Assembly (NCBI GenBank): GCA_964430505.1 | Contig: CAYSGH010000018.1 | Span: 8,365 to 40,364, forward strand | Source: an uncultured Akkermansia sp. | Lineage (GTDB): Bacteria > Verrucomicrobiota > Verrucomicrobiia > Limisphaerales > UBA9464 | Direction: 5' to 3' | DNA length: 32,000 bases | Shown: piece by piece, positions 1 to 8,309 of the stretch | Layout of the letters: each line of letters opens with the position of its first letter | Numbering within the stretch: the first letter of the stretch is position 1 | Made by a program: the position numbers and the translations under genes | The notes under the pieces: generated by a model | Told to the model about the DNA's origin: nothing | What the model saw: the letters and a program-made list of their open reading frames with translations, nothing else | The model's database searches: none

Positions 1-1019
1 AGCATCTCGAGCGCATCGAGCAGGTGCTGCGCGCCGCCCGCATCCAGCCCGTCTCCATCGCCCCCGCCTTGACGGAGCTTCCCGACCTCGTTCCCGGCGG
101 GGAGGCCGTCCGGATGGACTTCCTCGCCTCGTCCACGTCGGTGTCGCTCGCGATCGCCTCGGGGGACGGCCTCGTCCTGCATCGATCGCTCGACGACGTC
201 GTGGTGGTGTCCGACGGCAAGCCGTCGGTGGCGGTGGATCGCCTGCAACGCGAGCTGCGCGTGACGATGGGCCAGCTTCCGGACGCCGTGCGCCAGGCGC
301 TGGCCCGCACCCGCGTCTTCGGGCACGGGCCGTTGGCGGACTCGCTGCACCGGGCGTTGGCCTCGCTTGCGCCGCGCCTTGCCCTTTCCGTCGCCCGGGC
401 CGACCGCGTGCCGGAGCAGCGGCAGGCGTTGCCGCGCATCACGCCGGGCCTGCCCGCCGGCGCCGCCTTGGCGATGGCCGCGCGGCATGTCGGGGGGCGG
501 CCCGCCTCCTTCGAGTTCCTCGCCCCGCGCGTTTCCCCGTGGCAGCAGTTGGCCGCGCGCTTTTCGTCCGGTCGCGCCGCCCATTATGGCATCGCCGCCG
601 CGGCCGTGGTGCTGTTGGTGGCCGGGGCCTTCCTCGTGCAACAGGCGCGGCTCATGTCCCTCCGTTCCCGCTGGAACGGGATGGCCAAGACCGTCGCGCA
701 CGTCGAGGAGCTCCAGGCCAACCTCAAGAAGTACCGGCCGTGGTTTGACGACTCGGTGCCGTCCCTGCTGGTCCTGCGGACGTTGACCATGGCGTTCCCC
801 GAGGACGGCAGCTTGACCGCCAAGACGGTCGAGCTGCGCGAGGGGGCCACCGTGGTGTGCTCCGGCACCGCCAACGACTCCTTCACCCTGAACCGTACCC
901 TGGAGAAGCTCCGGACGGTTCCGGCGGTGCGCGACGTCACCGTGGACCAGATGCGCGGCAAGTCCCCCGTGCAGTTCTCCTTCAACTTCAAGTGGGACGC
1001 CTCCGCTGGAACGCCATGA
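1..1019 (+). CDS. GspL-like / PilM-PilN fusion-type inner-membrane assembly protein, 5' end cut by the window edge
   Basis: The frame is open from base 3 (HLERIEQVL...), so the GTG at 24 is probably internal. Contains the C-terminal half of an actin-like PilM/GspL cytoplasmic domain, one TM helix (YGIAAAAVVLLVAGAFLV), then a ~100 aa periplasmic PilN/GspL-type domain. The TGA stop at 1017-1019 overlaps the next ATG (ATGA). Confidence 0.6.
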   Translation, partial: HLERIEQVLRAARIQPVSIAPALTELPDLVPGGEAVRMDFLASSTSVSLAIASGDGLVLHRSLDDVVVVSDGKPSVAVDRLQRELRVTMGQLPDAVRQALARTRVFGHGPLADSLHRALASLAPRLALSVARADRVPEQRQALPRITPGLPAGAALAMAARHVGGRPASFEFLAPRVSPWQQLAARFSSGRAAHYGIAAAAVVLLVAGAFLVQQARLMSLRSRWNGMAKTVAHVEELQANLKKYRPWFDDSVPSLLVLRTLTMAFPEDGSLTAKTVELREGATVVCSGTANDSFTLNRTLEKLRTVPAVRDVTVDQMRGKSPVQFSFNFKWDASAGTP

Positions 1020-1558
1020 ACCTCGATCCCGAGCAACGCAAGAAGCTGCTCCTCGTCGTCGCGCTTGCCGGCGTCGGGTTGCTCCTGGGCGACCGCGTCG
1101 TCCTGGGCCCCCTGCTCAAGTCGTGGAACGCGCGCCAGGCCCAGATCGCCGAGCTGCAGAAGCGCATCGCCAAGGGCGAGCAACTCGTCTCGCGTCTCCG
1201 GCCCGTCGAGGGCCGTTGGTCTGAGATGGCCTCCAACGCCCTCCCCAAGGTGACGTCCGCCGCCGAGGGCCGCGTCCTGGACGCCCTCGACCGGTGGTCC
1301 AAGGCCGCCGCCGTCAACGTCACCTCCGTCAAGCCCCAGTGGAAGCAGCTCGACGAGGATTACTCCACCTTCGAGTGCCACGTGGATGCCACCGGCAACC
1401 TCGCCACCCTCACCCGCTTCCTGTACGAGGTCGAACGCGACAAGCTCGCCGTGCGCGTCGAGGCCATCGAGATCGCCGCCCGTGACAAGGAGGCCGCTCA
1501 GCTTTCCCTGGGCCTGCATGTCAGCGGCCTCGTTCTCAACCTACCCGAACGCCGATGA
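1016..1558 (+). CDS. PilO/GspM-like bitopic assembly protein
   Basis: ATG at 1016 inside ORF 857..1558. Short N-terminus, TM helix (KLLLVVALAGVGLLLG), a coiled-coil segment (ARQAQIAELQKRIAKGEQL), then a small alpha/beta domain. Its position after the PilN-like gene fits the family. ATGA overlaps at both ends. Confidence 0.55.
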   Translation: MNLDPEQRKKLLLVVALAGVGLLLGDRVVLGPLLKSWNARQAQIAELQKRIAKGEQLVSRLRPVEGRWSEMASNALPKVTSAAEGRVLDALDRWSKAAAVNVTSVKPQWKQLDEDYSTFECHVDATGNLATLTRFLYEVERDKLAVRVEAIEIAARDKEAAQLSLGLHVSGLVLNLPERR

Positions 1559-2529
1559 CGCCCCTCCTGCCATCCCCCGCCGGCGCTTGGATCGCCGCCG
1601 CGCTCGCCCTGGCCGTGACCGTGTCCGCCCTCGGTCAGGAGGCGGCTCCCGCTGCTGCCGCGCCGGAGGCGGTTGCCGCCGCCGCTGCTGCTGCCGCCGC
1701 TGCCGCTGTGGCCGCTGCCCAGGACGCCGAGGAAGGTTCCGAGGAGGACGGCCCCGCCGAGGATGAGCCCGCCGCAGCCTCCACCAACGGCGCCCCGACG
1801 CTGTCCGTGACCGGCTCCACCAACGCCCCCACCCACTCCGTCTCCGGGACCAATGCCCCGGCACGCCGCACCTCGCGCCGCTCGTCCCGAAGGCCCGAGC
1901 GCTCCGGCATCTCCGACTGGCGCCCGTCCAGCCGGTCCTCGTCCACGTCCAGCAAGGCCGCCGCCACGAATGGCCCCGCCTCGTCCGACTACGCCTACTT
2001 CCAGCTCGTCAACGATCGGAACATCTTCAACCCCGCCCGCGTCCCCAACCGCCCCGACCGTCCCAAGTCCCCCGAGACGCGGCGCACGCCCATGGTCGAG
2101 TCCCTCTCCCTTGTGGGGACGCTGCGTTACGAGAAGGGCATCTTTGCCTTCTTCGACGGCACCCGCTCCGAGTTCCGCAAGGCCCTCAAGGAAGGGGACA
2201 CGGTGGGCGGGCATCGCATCCTGTCGGTCACGGATTCCACCGTCCGTCTCGTCGTCCAGGATCGTGCGGTGGACCTGAAGGTCGGCAACCAACTCCGCCG
2301 CGAGGACGAGGGCGAGTGGACCCTCGCCTCGGGCGTGACCTTGGGTGCGTCGTCGTCCTCCGGCGGCTCGGGTTCCTCGAATTCGCCGTCCTCGTCGAGC
2401 AACACCGCGTCCGCCTCCTCCCAGTCTTCCAATGCCTCGTCGTCGTCATCCTCCGGGTCCTCCGGGGGCGGCGCCGAGGAGATCCTCCGGCGCCTTCGGG
2501 AACGTCGCGCCCAGGAGACCAAGCAATGA
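1555..2529 (+). CDS. PilP/GspC-like secreted protein with long low-complexity regions
   Basis: Signal peptide (AWIAAALALAVTVSALGQ). Has an Ala run, an acidic patch, an Arg/Ser-rich segment and a DRNIFNP motif. A beta-rich core (LVGTLRYEKGIFAFFDG...LKEGDTVGGHRILSVTDSTVRLV) resembles PilP / the GspC HR domain. Ser/Gly-rich tail. Lies directly upstream of the secretin. Confidence 0.5.
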   Translation: MTPLLPSPAGAWIAAALALAVTVSALGQEAAPAAAAPEAVAAAAAAAAAAAVAAAQDAEEGSEEDGPAEDEPAAASTNGAPTLSVTGSTNAPTHSVSGTNAPARRTSRRSSRRPERSGISDWRPSSRSSSTSSKAAATNGPASSDYAYFQLVNDRNIFNPARVPNRPDRPKSPETRRTPMVESLSLVGTLRYEKGIFAFFDGTRSEFRKALKEGDTVGGHRILSVTDSTVRLVVQDRAVDLKVGNQLRREDEGEWTLASGVTLGASSSSGGSGSSNSPSSSSNTASASSQSSNASSSSSSGSSGGGAEEILRRLRERRAQETKQ

Positions 2530-4235
2530 ACACGCACACTCCACGCATCGTCGTCCTCGCCCTCGTCGCCACCGTCTCGCTGGGCCTTCGGGTCCAGGCG
2601 CAGGAGGCCAAGCCCGCGACCCCGACGGCCCCGGCACCCGCCGCTGCTGCGGACGCTCCGAAGGCGGCGGATGCAAGCTCTGCGGCCGCTGCGCCGGACG
2701 CCAAGGCGGCAGGAACGACCTCCACCAACGCGCCGGCCGCCGCGCCCAAGCAGCCGCCGGAGCCGCTGCCTGCGCCGGAGCCGTTGCCGACCGCCCCGGA
2801 TGGCAGCCCCATGGTCCGCATGAACTTCCGCGGCGTCCCGTTGGAGACCGTCCTGAGCTACCTCTCCGAGGCGGCCGGCTACATCATCGTCCTGGACACC
2901 GAGGTGAAGGGGCGCATCGACGCGTGGTCCGCGCAGCCGGTGACCCGCGAGGAGGCCTTCCAAATCCTCGAGGCCGCCCTCGCCAAGAACGGCTACACCG
3001 CCCTCCGAAACGGCCGCACCCTCACCATCGTCTCCAAGGAGTCCGCCAAGAAGCGCGACATCCCGGTCAAGTCCGGCAACAACCCGGATTCCATCCCGAA
3101 GGACGACCAAGTGGTCACCCAGATCATCCCCATCCGCTTCATCAGCGCCACCGCCCTGACCACGGACCTGTCGCCGTTGCTGCCCTCCGAGGCGACCATG
3201 ACGGCCAACGAGGCTGGCAATGCGTTGGTCATCACGGACACGCAGGCCTCCATCAAGCGGCTCACCGAGGTCATCCGGGCGCTCGACACCTCCTTGGCCA
3301 ATTCCTCCTCCGTCAAGGTGTTCCCCCTTCGCTACGCGGATGCCAAGGAGCTGGCCACCGTCATCAAGGACCTTTTCTCGACCACGGACTCCCGGGGCGG
3401 CAACACGGGCAACAACGGCCGCGGGGGCTTCCAGGGGTTCCCCGGTGGATTCGGCGGCATGGGCGGCTTTGGTGGCCGTGGGGGAGGCGGAGGCGGCGGC
3501 GGCGGATCCTCGTCCGGTGCGGGCAACCGAGCCGCCGCATCCAAGGTTGTGGCCGTCGCCGACGAGCACTCCAACTCCGTCATCGTGAACGCCCCCGAGG
3601 ACGCGATGCCCACCATTGAGGAGTTGATCCGATCCGTGGACACCAACGTTCAGGACGTCACCGAGATCCGCGTCTTCCGGCTTCAGTTTTCCGACCCGAC
3701 CGAGATGGCCGGGATTCTTTCGGGGTTGTTCCCGGATGAGGCCACCGCCCGCAATGGGAGCAACAACAACCGCGGCCAGCGCTTCGGAGGCTTCGGGATG
3801 TTTGGCGGCATGAACCGGGGCGGGGGGGGCGGCGGCGGCTCGGGCAGCTCCAGCGACCGGGCGCTCAAGAAGGGCAAGGTCACGGCCGTCCCGGATCCCC
3901 GCACCTCCTCCGTCATCGTGTCCGCCGACCGCGAAATCATGGGCCAGATTGCCGAGATGGTGAAGCAGCTCGACGCCAACCCGGCACGGAAGCAGAAGGT
4001 GTACGTGTACGACCTCGACAACGCCGACCCGCAGCAGGTGCAGGACGTGCTCCGCGGCCTCTTCGAGCGCCAGGGCAGCAACACCCGCAACACCCAGACC
4101 CGCCAGCAAAACTCGGCCCTGACCACCCGGTCCACCCAGCAGCAGCAGCAGAACAACCTCAACCGCGGCGGGGCCGGCTTCGGCTCCGGCGCGGGCGGCG
4201 GCGGCGGGCTCGGCGCCGGTGGACGTGGCAACTAG
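2526..4235 (+). CDS. Secretin N-terminal-domain protein (N0 plus repeated secretin_N domains, no pore domain)
   Basis: ATG at 2526 (ATGA overlap) and signal peptide MNTHTPRIVVLALVATVSLGLRVQAQ. N0-like segment MVRMNFRGVPLETVLSYLSEAAGYIIVLD. Repeated motifs of the type VKVFPLRYADAKELATVIKDLF...VAVADEHSNSVIVNAPEDAMPTIEELIRSVD. Ends in a Gln/Gly-rich tail at TAG 4233-4235 without any secretin C-domain. Confidence 0.8.
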   Translation: MNTHTPRIVVLALVATVSLGLRVQAQEAKPATPTAPAPAAAADAPKAADASSAAAAPDAKAAGTTSTNAPAAAPKQPPEPLPAPEPLPTAPDGSPMVRMNFRGVPLETVLSYLSEAAGYIIVLDTEVKGRIDAWSAQPVTREEAFQILEAALAKNGYTALRNGRTLTIVSKESAKKRDIPVKSGNNPDSIPKDDQVVTQIIPIRFISATALTTDLSPLLPSEATMTANEAGNALVITDTQASIKRLTEVIRALDTSLANSSSVKVFPLRYADAKELATVIKDLFSTTDSRGGNTGNNGRGGFQGFPGGFGGMGGFGGRGGGGGGGGGSSSGAGNRAAASKVVAVADEHSNSVIVNAPEDAMPTIEELIRSVDTNVQDVTEIRVFRLQFSDPTEMAGILSGLFPDEATARNGSNNNRGQRFGGFGMFGGMNRGGGGGGGSGSSSDRALKKGKVTAVPDPRTSSVIVSADREIMGQIAEMVKQLDANPARKQKVYVYDLDNADPQQVQDVLRGLFERQGSNTRNTQTRQQNSALTTRSTQQQQQNNLNRGGAGFGSGAGGGGGLGAGGRGN

Positions 4236-4301
4236 GACGGACCACCCCAGATGATCCCGCGCCCGGCATCCCCCCATTCCCGCACCCTGATGTTTCCCCC
4301 C

Positions 4302-5597
4302 ATGAATCGCCTTGCACAACGCGCCTCCGCGATCCTTCTCGCCGCATCCATGGCCGCGCCCGCCCTCGCCCAGTTCCAGGGCTTTGGCGGCGGGGGCGGC
4401 GGCACCCAACGCCGGGCCGGCACGGGCTCCGGCGCCACCCGGGAGTACCCCAACAACACCGAGGTCGGCGACGCCATCATCTCCTTCGACCCCGAGACCC
4501 GTAAGATCATCGTCATCACGGACGAGGACACGAACCTCCAGATCAAGGACGTGATCACGAGCCTCGACAACCCGCGCCCGCAGGTGCTCATCAAGGTGGT
4601 CTTCCTGGAGGTCACCCACAACGACTCGTCCGACATCGGCGTGGAGGGCGGCTACACGCGGCAGCTCGGCAACACCGGCACCGGCAGCATTGCCAACGCC
4701 TTCGGGGCCTCCGCCCTGTCCTCCGCCGCCACGTCCTCCGTCCCCAACGTCCTGGGCCAAAACGTCCAGAACATGCTGCCCGTGCCGCCCGGAGCGGGCG
4801 TGTACCAGGTCCTGGGCTCCGACTTCCAGGCCACCCTTCGCGCCATTGCCCAGGCCGGCCGCGCCGAGATCCTCTCCAGGCCCTCCATCCTCGCCCGCAA
4901 CAACCAGCCCGCCACCATCTCCCTCGGCCAGCAGGTCCCCCTCGTCTCCAACACGCGCTTCGACGCCATCAACGGCCAGATCAACACCGTCTCCTACCAG
5001 AACGTCGGCATCATCCTCCGCGTCACCCCCTTCATCACCCCCGACGGCATGGTGGAGATGATCGTGTCCCCGGAGACGTCGTCGCTGGCCGAGCGAACGC
5101 AGTGGGTGCCCATCTCGCGCGACGCCCTCGCACCGGTCGTCAACTCCCGCCTCGCCGACACCGTCGTCGTGGTGCCCGACGGCCAGACCGTCGTCATCGG
5201 CGGCCTGATGCAGAACCAGATCACCGAGTCCGAAAGCAAGGTTCCCTACCTCGGCGACATCCCGTGGCTGGGGAACGCCTTCAAGCGGAAGCAGAAGTCC
5301 AACATCAAGACCGAGCTCATGATCTTCCTCACCCCCATCGTCATCCCCGCGCCGTCCCAGCTCGCGGGCATGACCGCCGAGGAACGATCCAAGGTCCTCC
5401 TCCGGCCCAAGTCCCTGCCGCAAATGCAGCTCGAGAACCTGGTGGACCAGCTCCCCGACAAGTCCTCTGACAAGTCCTCCGACAAGAAGCCCGCCAAGAA
5501 GGCGTCGGCGGTTCCCGATGCACCCCAAGCCCCCAAGGCTCCCGTGGTCCCGGCGGACCCCAAGCTGAAGGCCGCTCCGGCACCCGCCCGTCGGTAG
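4302..5597 (+). CDS. Secretin pore-domain protein (GspD/PilQ C-domain) with its own signal peptide
   Basis: Signal peptide MNRLAQRASAILLAASMAAPALAQ; an alternative ATG lies at 4251. Classic secretin C-domain motifs are present: RPQVLIKVVFLEV, LRAIAQAGRAEILSRPSILARNNQPATISLGQQVP, VPDGQTVVIGGLM, VPYLGDIPWLGNAFK, ELMIFLTPIVI. Lys/Pro-rich tail. Confidence 0.85.
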   Translation: MNRLAQRASAILLAASMAAPALAQFQGFGGGGGGTQRRAGTGSGATREYPNNTEVGDAIISFDPETRKIIVITDEDTNLQIKDVITSLDNPRPQVLIKVVFLEVTHNDSSDIGVEGGYTRQLGNTGTGSIANAFGASALSSAATSSVPNVLGQNVQNMLPVPPGAGVYQVLGSDFQATLRAIAQAGRAEILSRPSILARNNQPATISLGQQVPLVSNTRFDAINGQINTVSYQNVGIILRVTPFITPDGMVEMIVSPETSSLAERTQWVPISRDALAPVVNSRLADTVVVVPDGQTVVIGGLMQNQITESESKVPYLGDIPWLGNAFKRKQKSNIKTELMIFLTPIVIPAPSQLAGMTAEERSKVLLRPKSLPQMQLENLVDQLPDKSSDKSSDKKPAKKASAVPDAPQAPKAPVVPADPKLKAAPAPARR

Positions 5598-5729
5598 GCC
5601 GGAGTTCCGTCCACGGTTCGCAGGTTGCCGGCGGAGAAGGGAGGCGGGACCGCTTCCGACACGTCGCGAGGGTTGGGCATCCTTGGGAGGATAACCCCCG
5701 GGGACTCCCATGCCGCCGTCACCTCCAGG

Positions 5730-6653
5730 CTACTCCAGCAACCGGAATCCGTCGTCGTCCAGTCGCGCGCGAAGGCCCCAGGGGAGGCTTCGTTTCCTCG
5801 GCTCATGGCCGTACTCGTATCCCATGCGCACCGGCACTCCCAAGCCACCCAACACCTCCCGTGCAATCTCCCCCAGTTCGAGCCAGCCGCCGCGGCGGTC
5901 TGCCGGGCCACAGTCCGTGAACTGCCCCAGCACCACCGCTGCGACTCGCCTGAGCACGCCCCCCAACCGCAACTGAACGAGCAGGCGGTCCACTCGATGC
6001 AGGTGTTCGTGGATGTCCTCCAACACCAGGATCGAACCTTCCATCGAAGGCAGGTGCGGCGTCCCCATCAACGAGCCTACCAACGACAAGCAACCACCCA
6101 TCAACGGGCCCTCCGCCGTGCCGGGCACCACCACTTCCCACGGCTTGTCCCCGGGGTTGCCGAGGTCCACGCCCGCCGTGGCCCCTTCCACCAACGGCCA
6201 AAACGCGCCCTCCGTGAACGGGTCCAACCCGGCGGCCAACTCCACCCCGGCCAACACCCCCGAGACGCTCACGAGGCCGCATCGGGCCAGCAACGACATC
6301 TGCAAGGCCGTCACGTCGCTGTAGCCCACCAGCCACTTCGGGTCGCGTCGCACCGCGTCCACGTCCACGCCCTCCAGCAGGCGCGCGCACCCGTAGCCCC
6401 CGCGCACGGCCATCACCATGCGCACACCGGGATCCCGGAGCATGGCGTTCAGGTCCTCCAACCTCTCGGCATCCGTCCCGGCAAACGCCCCGTGGCGCCC
6501 CGTGGCATGGCGCCCCACCTTGACCCGATACCCGCGCGCCTCCAGCGCCCGCCGTCCCGCGTCGATCCTCCCCAAGTCCAACGGCGCGCCCGCCGGGCAA
6601 ATCAAGCCCACCTCATCCCCGCGCCCCAGCGGCCTCGGCCTCGCCACGCTCAT
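5730..6653 (-). CDS. ldcA: LD-carboxypeptidase (peptidase S66, muramoyltetrapeptide carboxypeptidase)
   Basis: Start is at the MSVARPRP ATG (6651-6653) inside ORF 5730..7196. Has the GYSDVTAL serine motif, VLEDIHE, and a terminal GYEYGH histidine motif typical of S66. Confidence 0.8.
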   Translation of the reverse strand: MSVARPRPLGRGDEVGLICPAGAPLDLGRIDAGRRALEARGYRVKVGRHATGRHGAFAGTDAERLEDLNAMLRDPGVRMVMAVRGGYGCARLLEGVDVDAVRRDPKWLVGYSDVTALQMSLLARCGLVSVSGVLAGVELAAGLDPFTEGAFWPLVEGATAGVDLGNPGDKPWEVVVPGTAEGPLMGGCLSLVGSLMGTPHLPSMEGSILVLEDIHEHLHRVDRLLVQLRLGGVLRRVAAVVLGQFTDCGPADRRGGWLELGEIAREVLGGLGVPVRMGYEYGHEPRKRSLPWGLRARLDDDGFRLLE

Positions 6654-6685
6654 CGGCCGGAGCCTGCCCCGGCGACCCCGACGCG

Positions 6686-7252
6686 TCACGCATCGTTGCC
6701 CGGCCGCAGCACGTACACCGACGGGTAGTTGGTCCGCCACGACCGGTCGTCCATCCCGTAGCCCGTGAACCATTCGCGGCCCTCGTACCGGAACGCCGCA
6801 TGGTCCGGCGTGTGCAGGCTTTCCGGGATCACCCGGTGCACCAGCACCGCCGTCCGGACCGACGCCGCGCCGCGGGCCCGGCACAAGGTGGTCAGCTCCG
6901 CCAACGTGCGTCCGGAGTCGCAGATGTCGTCCACCACCAGCACGTCCCGGCCGGTCAGGTTGAGGTCGAGGCCCTCCACCTGGAGGTGCGAGGCCATCTG
7001 GCCGTTCACGCCGGCCTCGTATCCACGGCATCGGCAATACGTGGCCTCCACCGAGACCGGGATGGCCTTGAGCAAGTCGGCAAAGAAGAACACCGCCCCC
7101 CTCAGGACGCACAACGCCAGCACCTGCTGGCCGCCGCGAGCCAAGACGTCCCGCGCCCAAGGCGTCAGCTCCGCCGCCACCCTGTCTACGCCGCACTGAA
7201 CCGCCTCCGCCGTGAACACCTCGCTATAATGGTCCGGAACGTTTCGCGTCAT
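6686..7252 (-). CDS. hpt: Hypoxanthine(-guanine) phosphoribosyltransferase
   Basis: Type I PRT PRPP-binding motif VLVVDDICDSGRTL, LRGAVFFFADL, and a C-terminal GYGMD motif. Collinear with 6-oxopurine PRTases. I prefer the MTRNVP start; the ORF extends to 7279. Confidence 0.85.
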   Translation of the reverse strand: MTRNVPDHYSEVFTAEAVQCGVDRVAAELTPWARDVLARGGQQVLALCVLRGAVFFFADLLKAIPVSVEATYCRCRGYEAGVNGQMASHLQVEGLDLNLTGRDVLVVDDICDSGRTLAELTTLCRARGAASVRTAVLVHRVIPESLHTPDHAAFRYEGREWFTGYGMDDRSWRTNYPSVYVLRPGNDA

Positions 7253-8306
7253 CCACGTCCTCCCTTCTTGAGATTCCATAAAGCCCCCCGTCCATGCCCT
7301 TGCCGGGCCAGTTCACCTGGTCCACGCCCAGGTGCCGCGCCAATCCCAACAGCACGGGGTTCAGCAGCAGCTCGGCCGCCAAGGGCGCGACCTCCACCCG
7401 TCCGGGCAACGGCACCCGCCGTGCCGGCAGCCCCGCGCCGGCCAACACCTCCTCCGCCCGGCGCGCGAGCGCGCAGTCGCCCAGCACCCACACCGGCTCC
7501 GGACGGGCCATCAACTGCTGGAGGTGCCCGTGCGCCAACGCCAGCAAGTCCACCACGCGCGGCCCTCGCCAGTACAACCCCTCCACGAACTTTGCCACCA
7601 CGTTCTCCGCGCACCCGGACAACCCGTCGCCCGTGGCCACCACGAATCCGTCCCGATGCGCGTCCAGCTCGGATCCGATGGCCTCCAGCATGCGTGCCGG
7701 CCACGGGCTGGATGCCCACGCATCCAGCTCATCCACGAGCGTGCTCGACGGGGGGAGCCGGTTCCCATCCACCGAGGCCGCCAACCGCCACGCGGCGGCA
7801 AACCCGCACAACGGCCCAACCAACCGGACCAAGGTTGAGTACTCCTCCTCCAACGGGAACCGCTCCATGCGGCATCCCTCGGCCGAGAGGCGTTGCAGCC
7901 ATCCCGCGCGATCCCCGCGTCCCGCCCGCTCCTGGCCCTCCACCGTCGAGGCCGTCGCCAGCACGACGGAACCGAAGAGCCCCCGCCTCGCGAGGGCCAG
8001 CCGGGCGTTCGGCGCCAGGCCTTGGCTGAAGACCACCAGCGTCCGGTCCCGGCTCGACGGTCCCGGAAACCCCGGATCGAGGAAGGCGGACAACGGCTCG
8101 AACCAGGCGGGCACCGCCGTGTGACGCCGAAGCAACGCCACCAAGTAGCGCGCGTGCGCCTCGGAGCTTCCCACGCCGGTGGCAAGGACGCCCCCCTCGC
8201 AGGGCCGCCAGCCCTCGGCCAAGGGCGACACCAGGAGCCCGCGGGCCAACGGCCATGCCTCCTCCGCGCGGCGTCCCAGCAACCCATGTCCCTTCGCGTC
8301 CATCAC
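7224..8306 (-). CDS. Hypothetical protein, probably a two-lobed SIS (phosphosugar isomerase/binding) fold
   Basis: SIS-like motifs: ATGVGSSEAHARYLVALL followed by LVVFSQGLAPNA, then a second lobe FVVATGDGLSGCAENVV. No closer family was recognised by eye. Tightly packed between the GCH II-like gene and hpt. Confidence 0.45.
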   Translation of the reverse strand: MMDAKGHGLLGRRAEEAWPLARGLLVSPLAEGWRPCEGGVLATGVGSSEAHARYLVALLRRHTAVPAWFEPLSAFLDPGFPGPSSRDRTLVVFSQGLAPNARLALARRGLFGSVVLATASTVEGQERAGRGDRAGWLQRLSAEGCRMERFPLEEEYSTLVRLVGPLCGFAAAWRLAASVDGNRLPPSSTLVDELDAWASSPWPARMLEAIGSELDAHRDGFVVATGDGLSGCAENVVAKFVEGLYWRGPRVVDLLALAHGHLQQLMARPEPVWVLGDCALARRAEEVLAGAGLPARRVPLPGRVEVAPLAAELLLNPVLLGLARHLGVDQVNWPGKGMDGGLYGISRREDVDDAKRSGPL

Positions 8307-8309
8307 CCG

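Noticed and set aside
4233-4235. TAG reassignment or pyrrolysine-type recoding as the explanation for the split secretin
   Set aside because: TAG terminates several other well-supported genes in this window at sensible positions (secretin pore ORF, ldcA, TonB receptor, NUP protein). The downstream ORF also carries a bona fide signal peptide. Local readthrough cannot be excluded, but genome-wide recoding is unlikely.
2127-5711. 1194 aa ORF on the minus strand spanning the whole secretin region
   Set aside because: It is antisense to two ORFs with unmistakable secretin motifs. Its translation is Gly/Arg/Asp/Val-rich low-complexity sequence typical of the off-frame or antisense reading of high-GC genes, and no domain motifs are recognisable.
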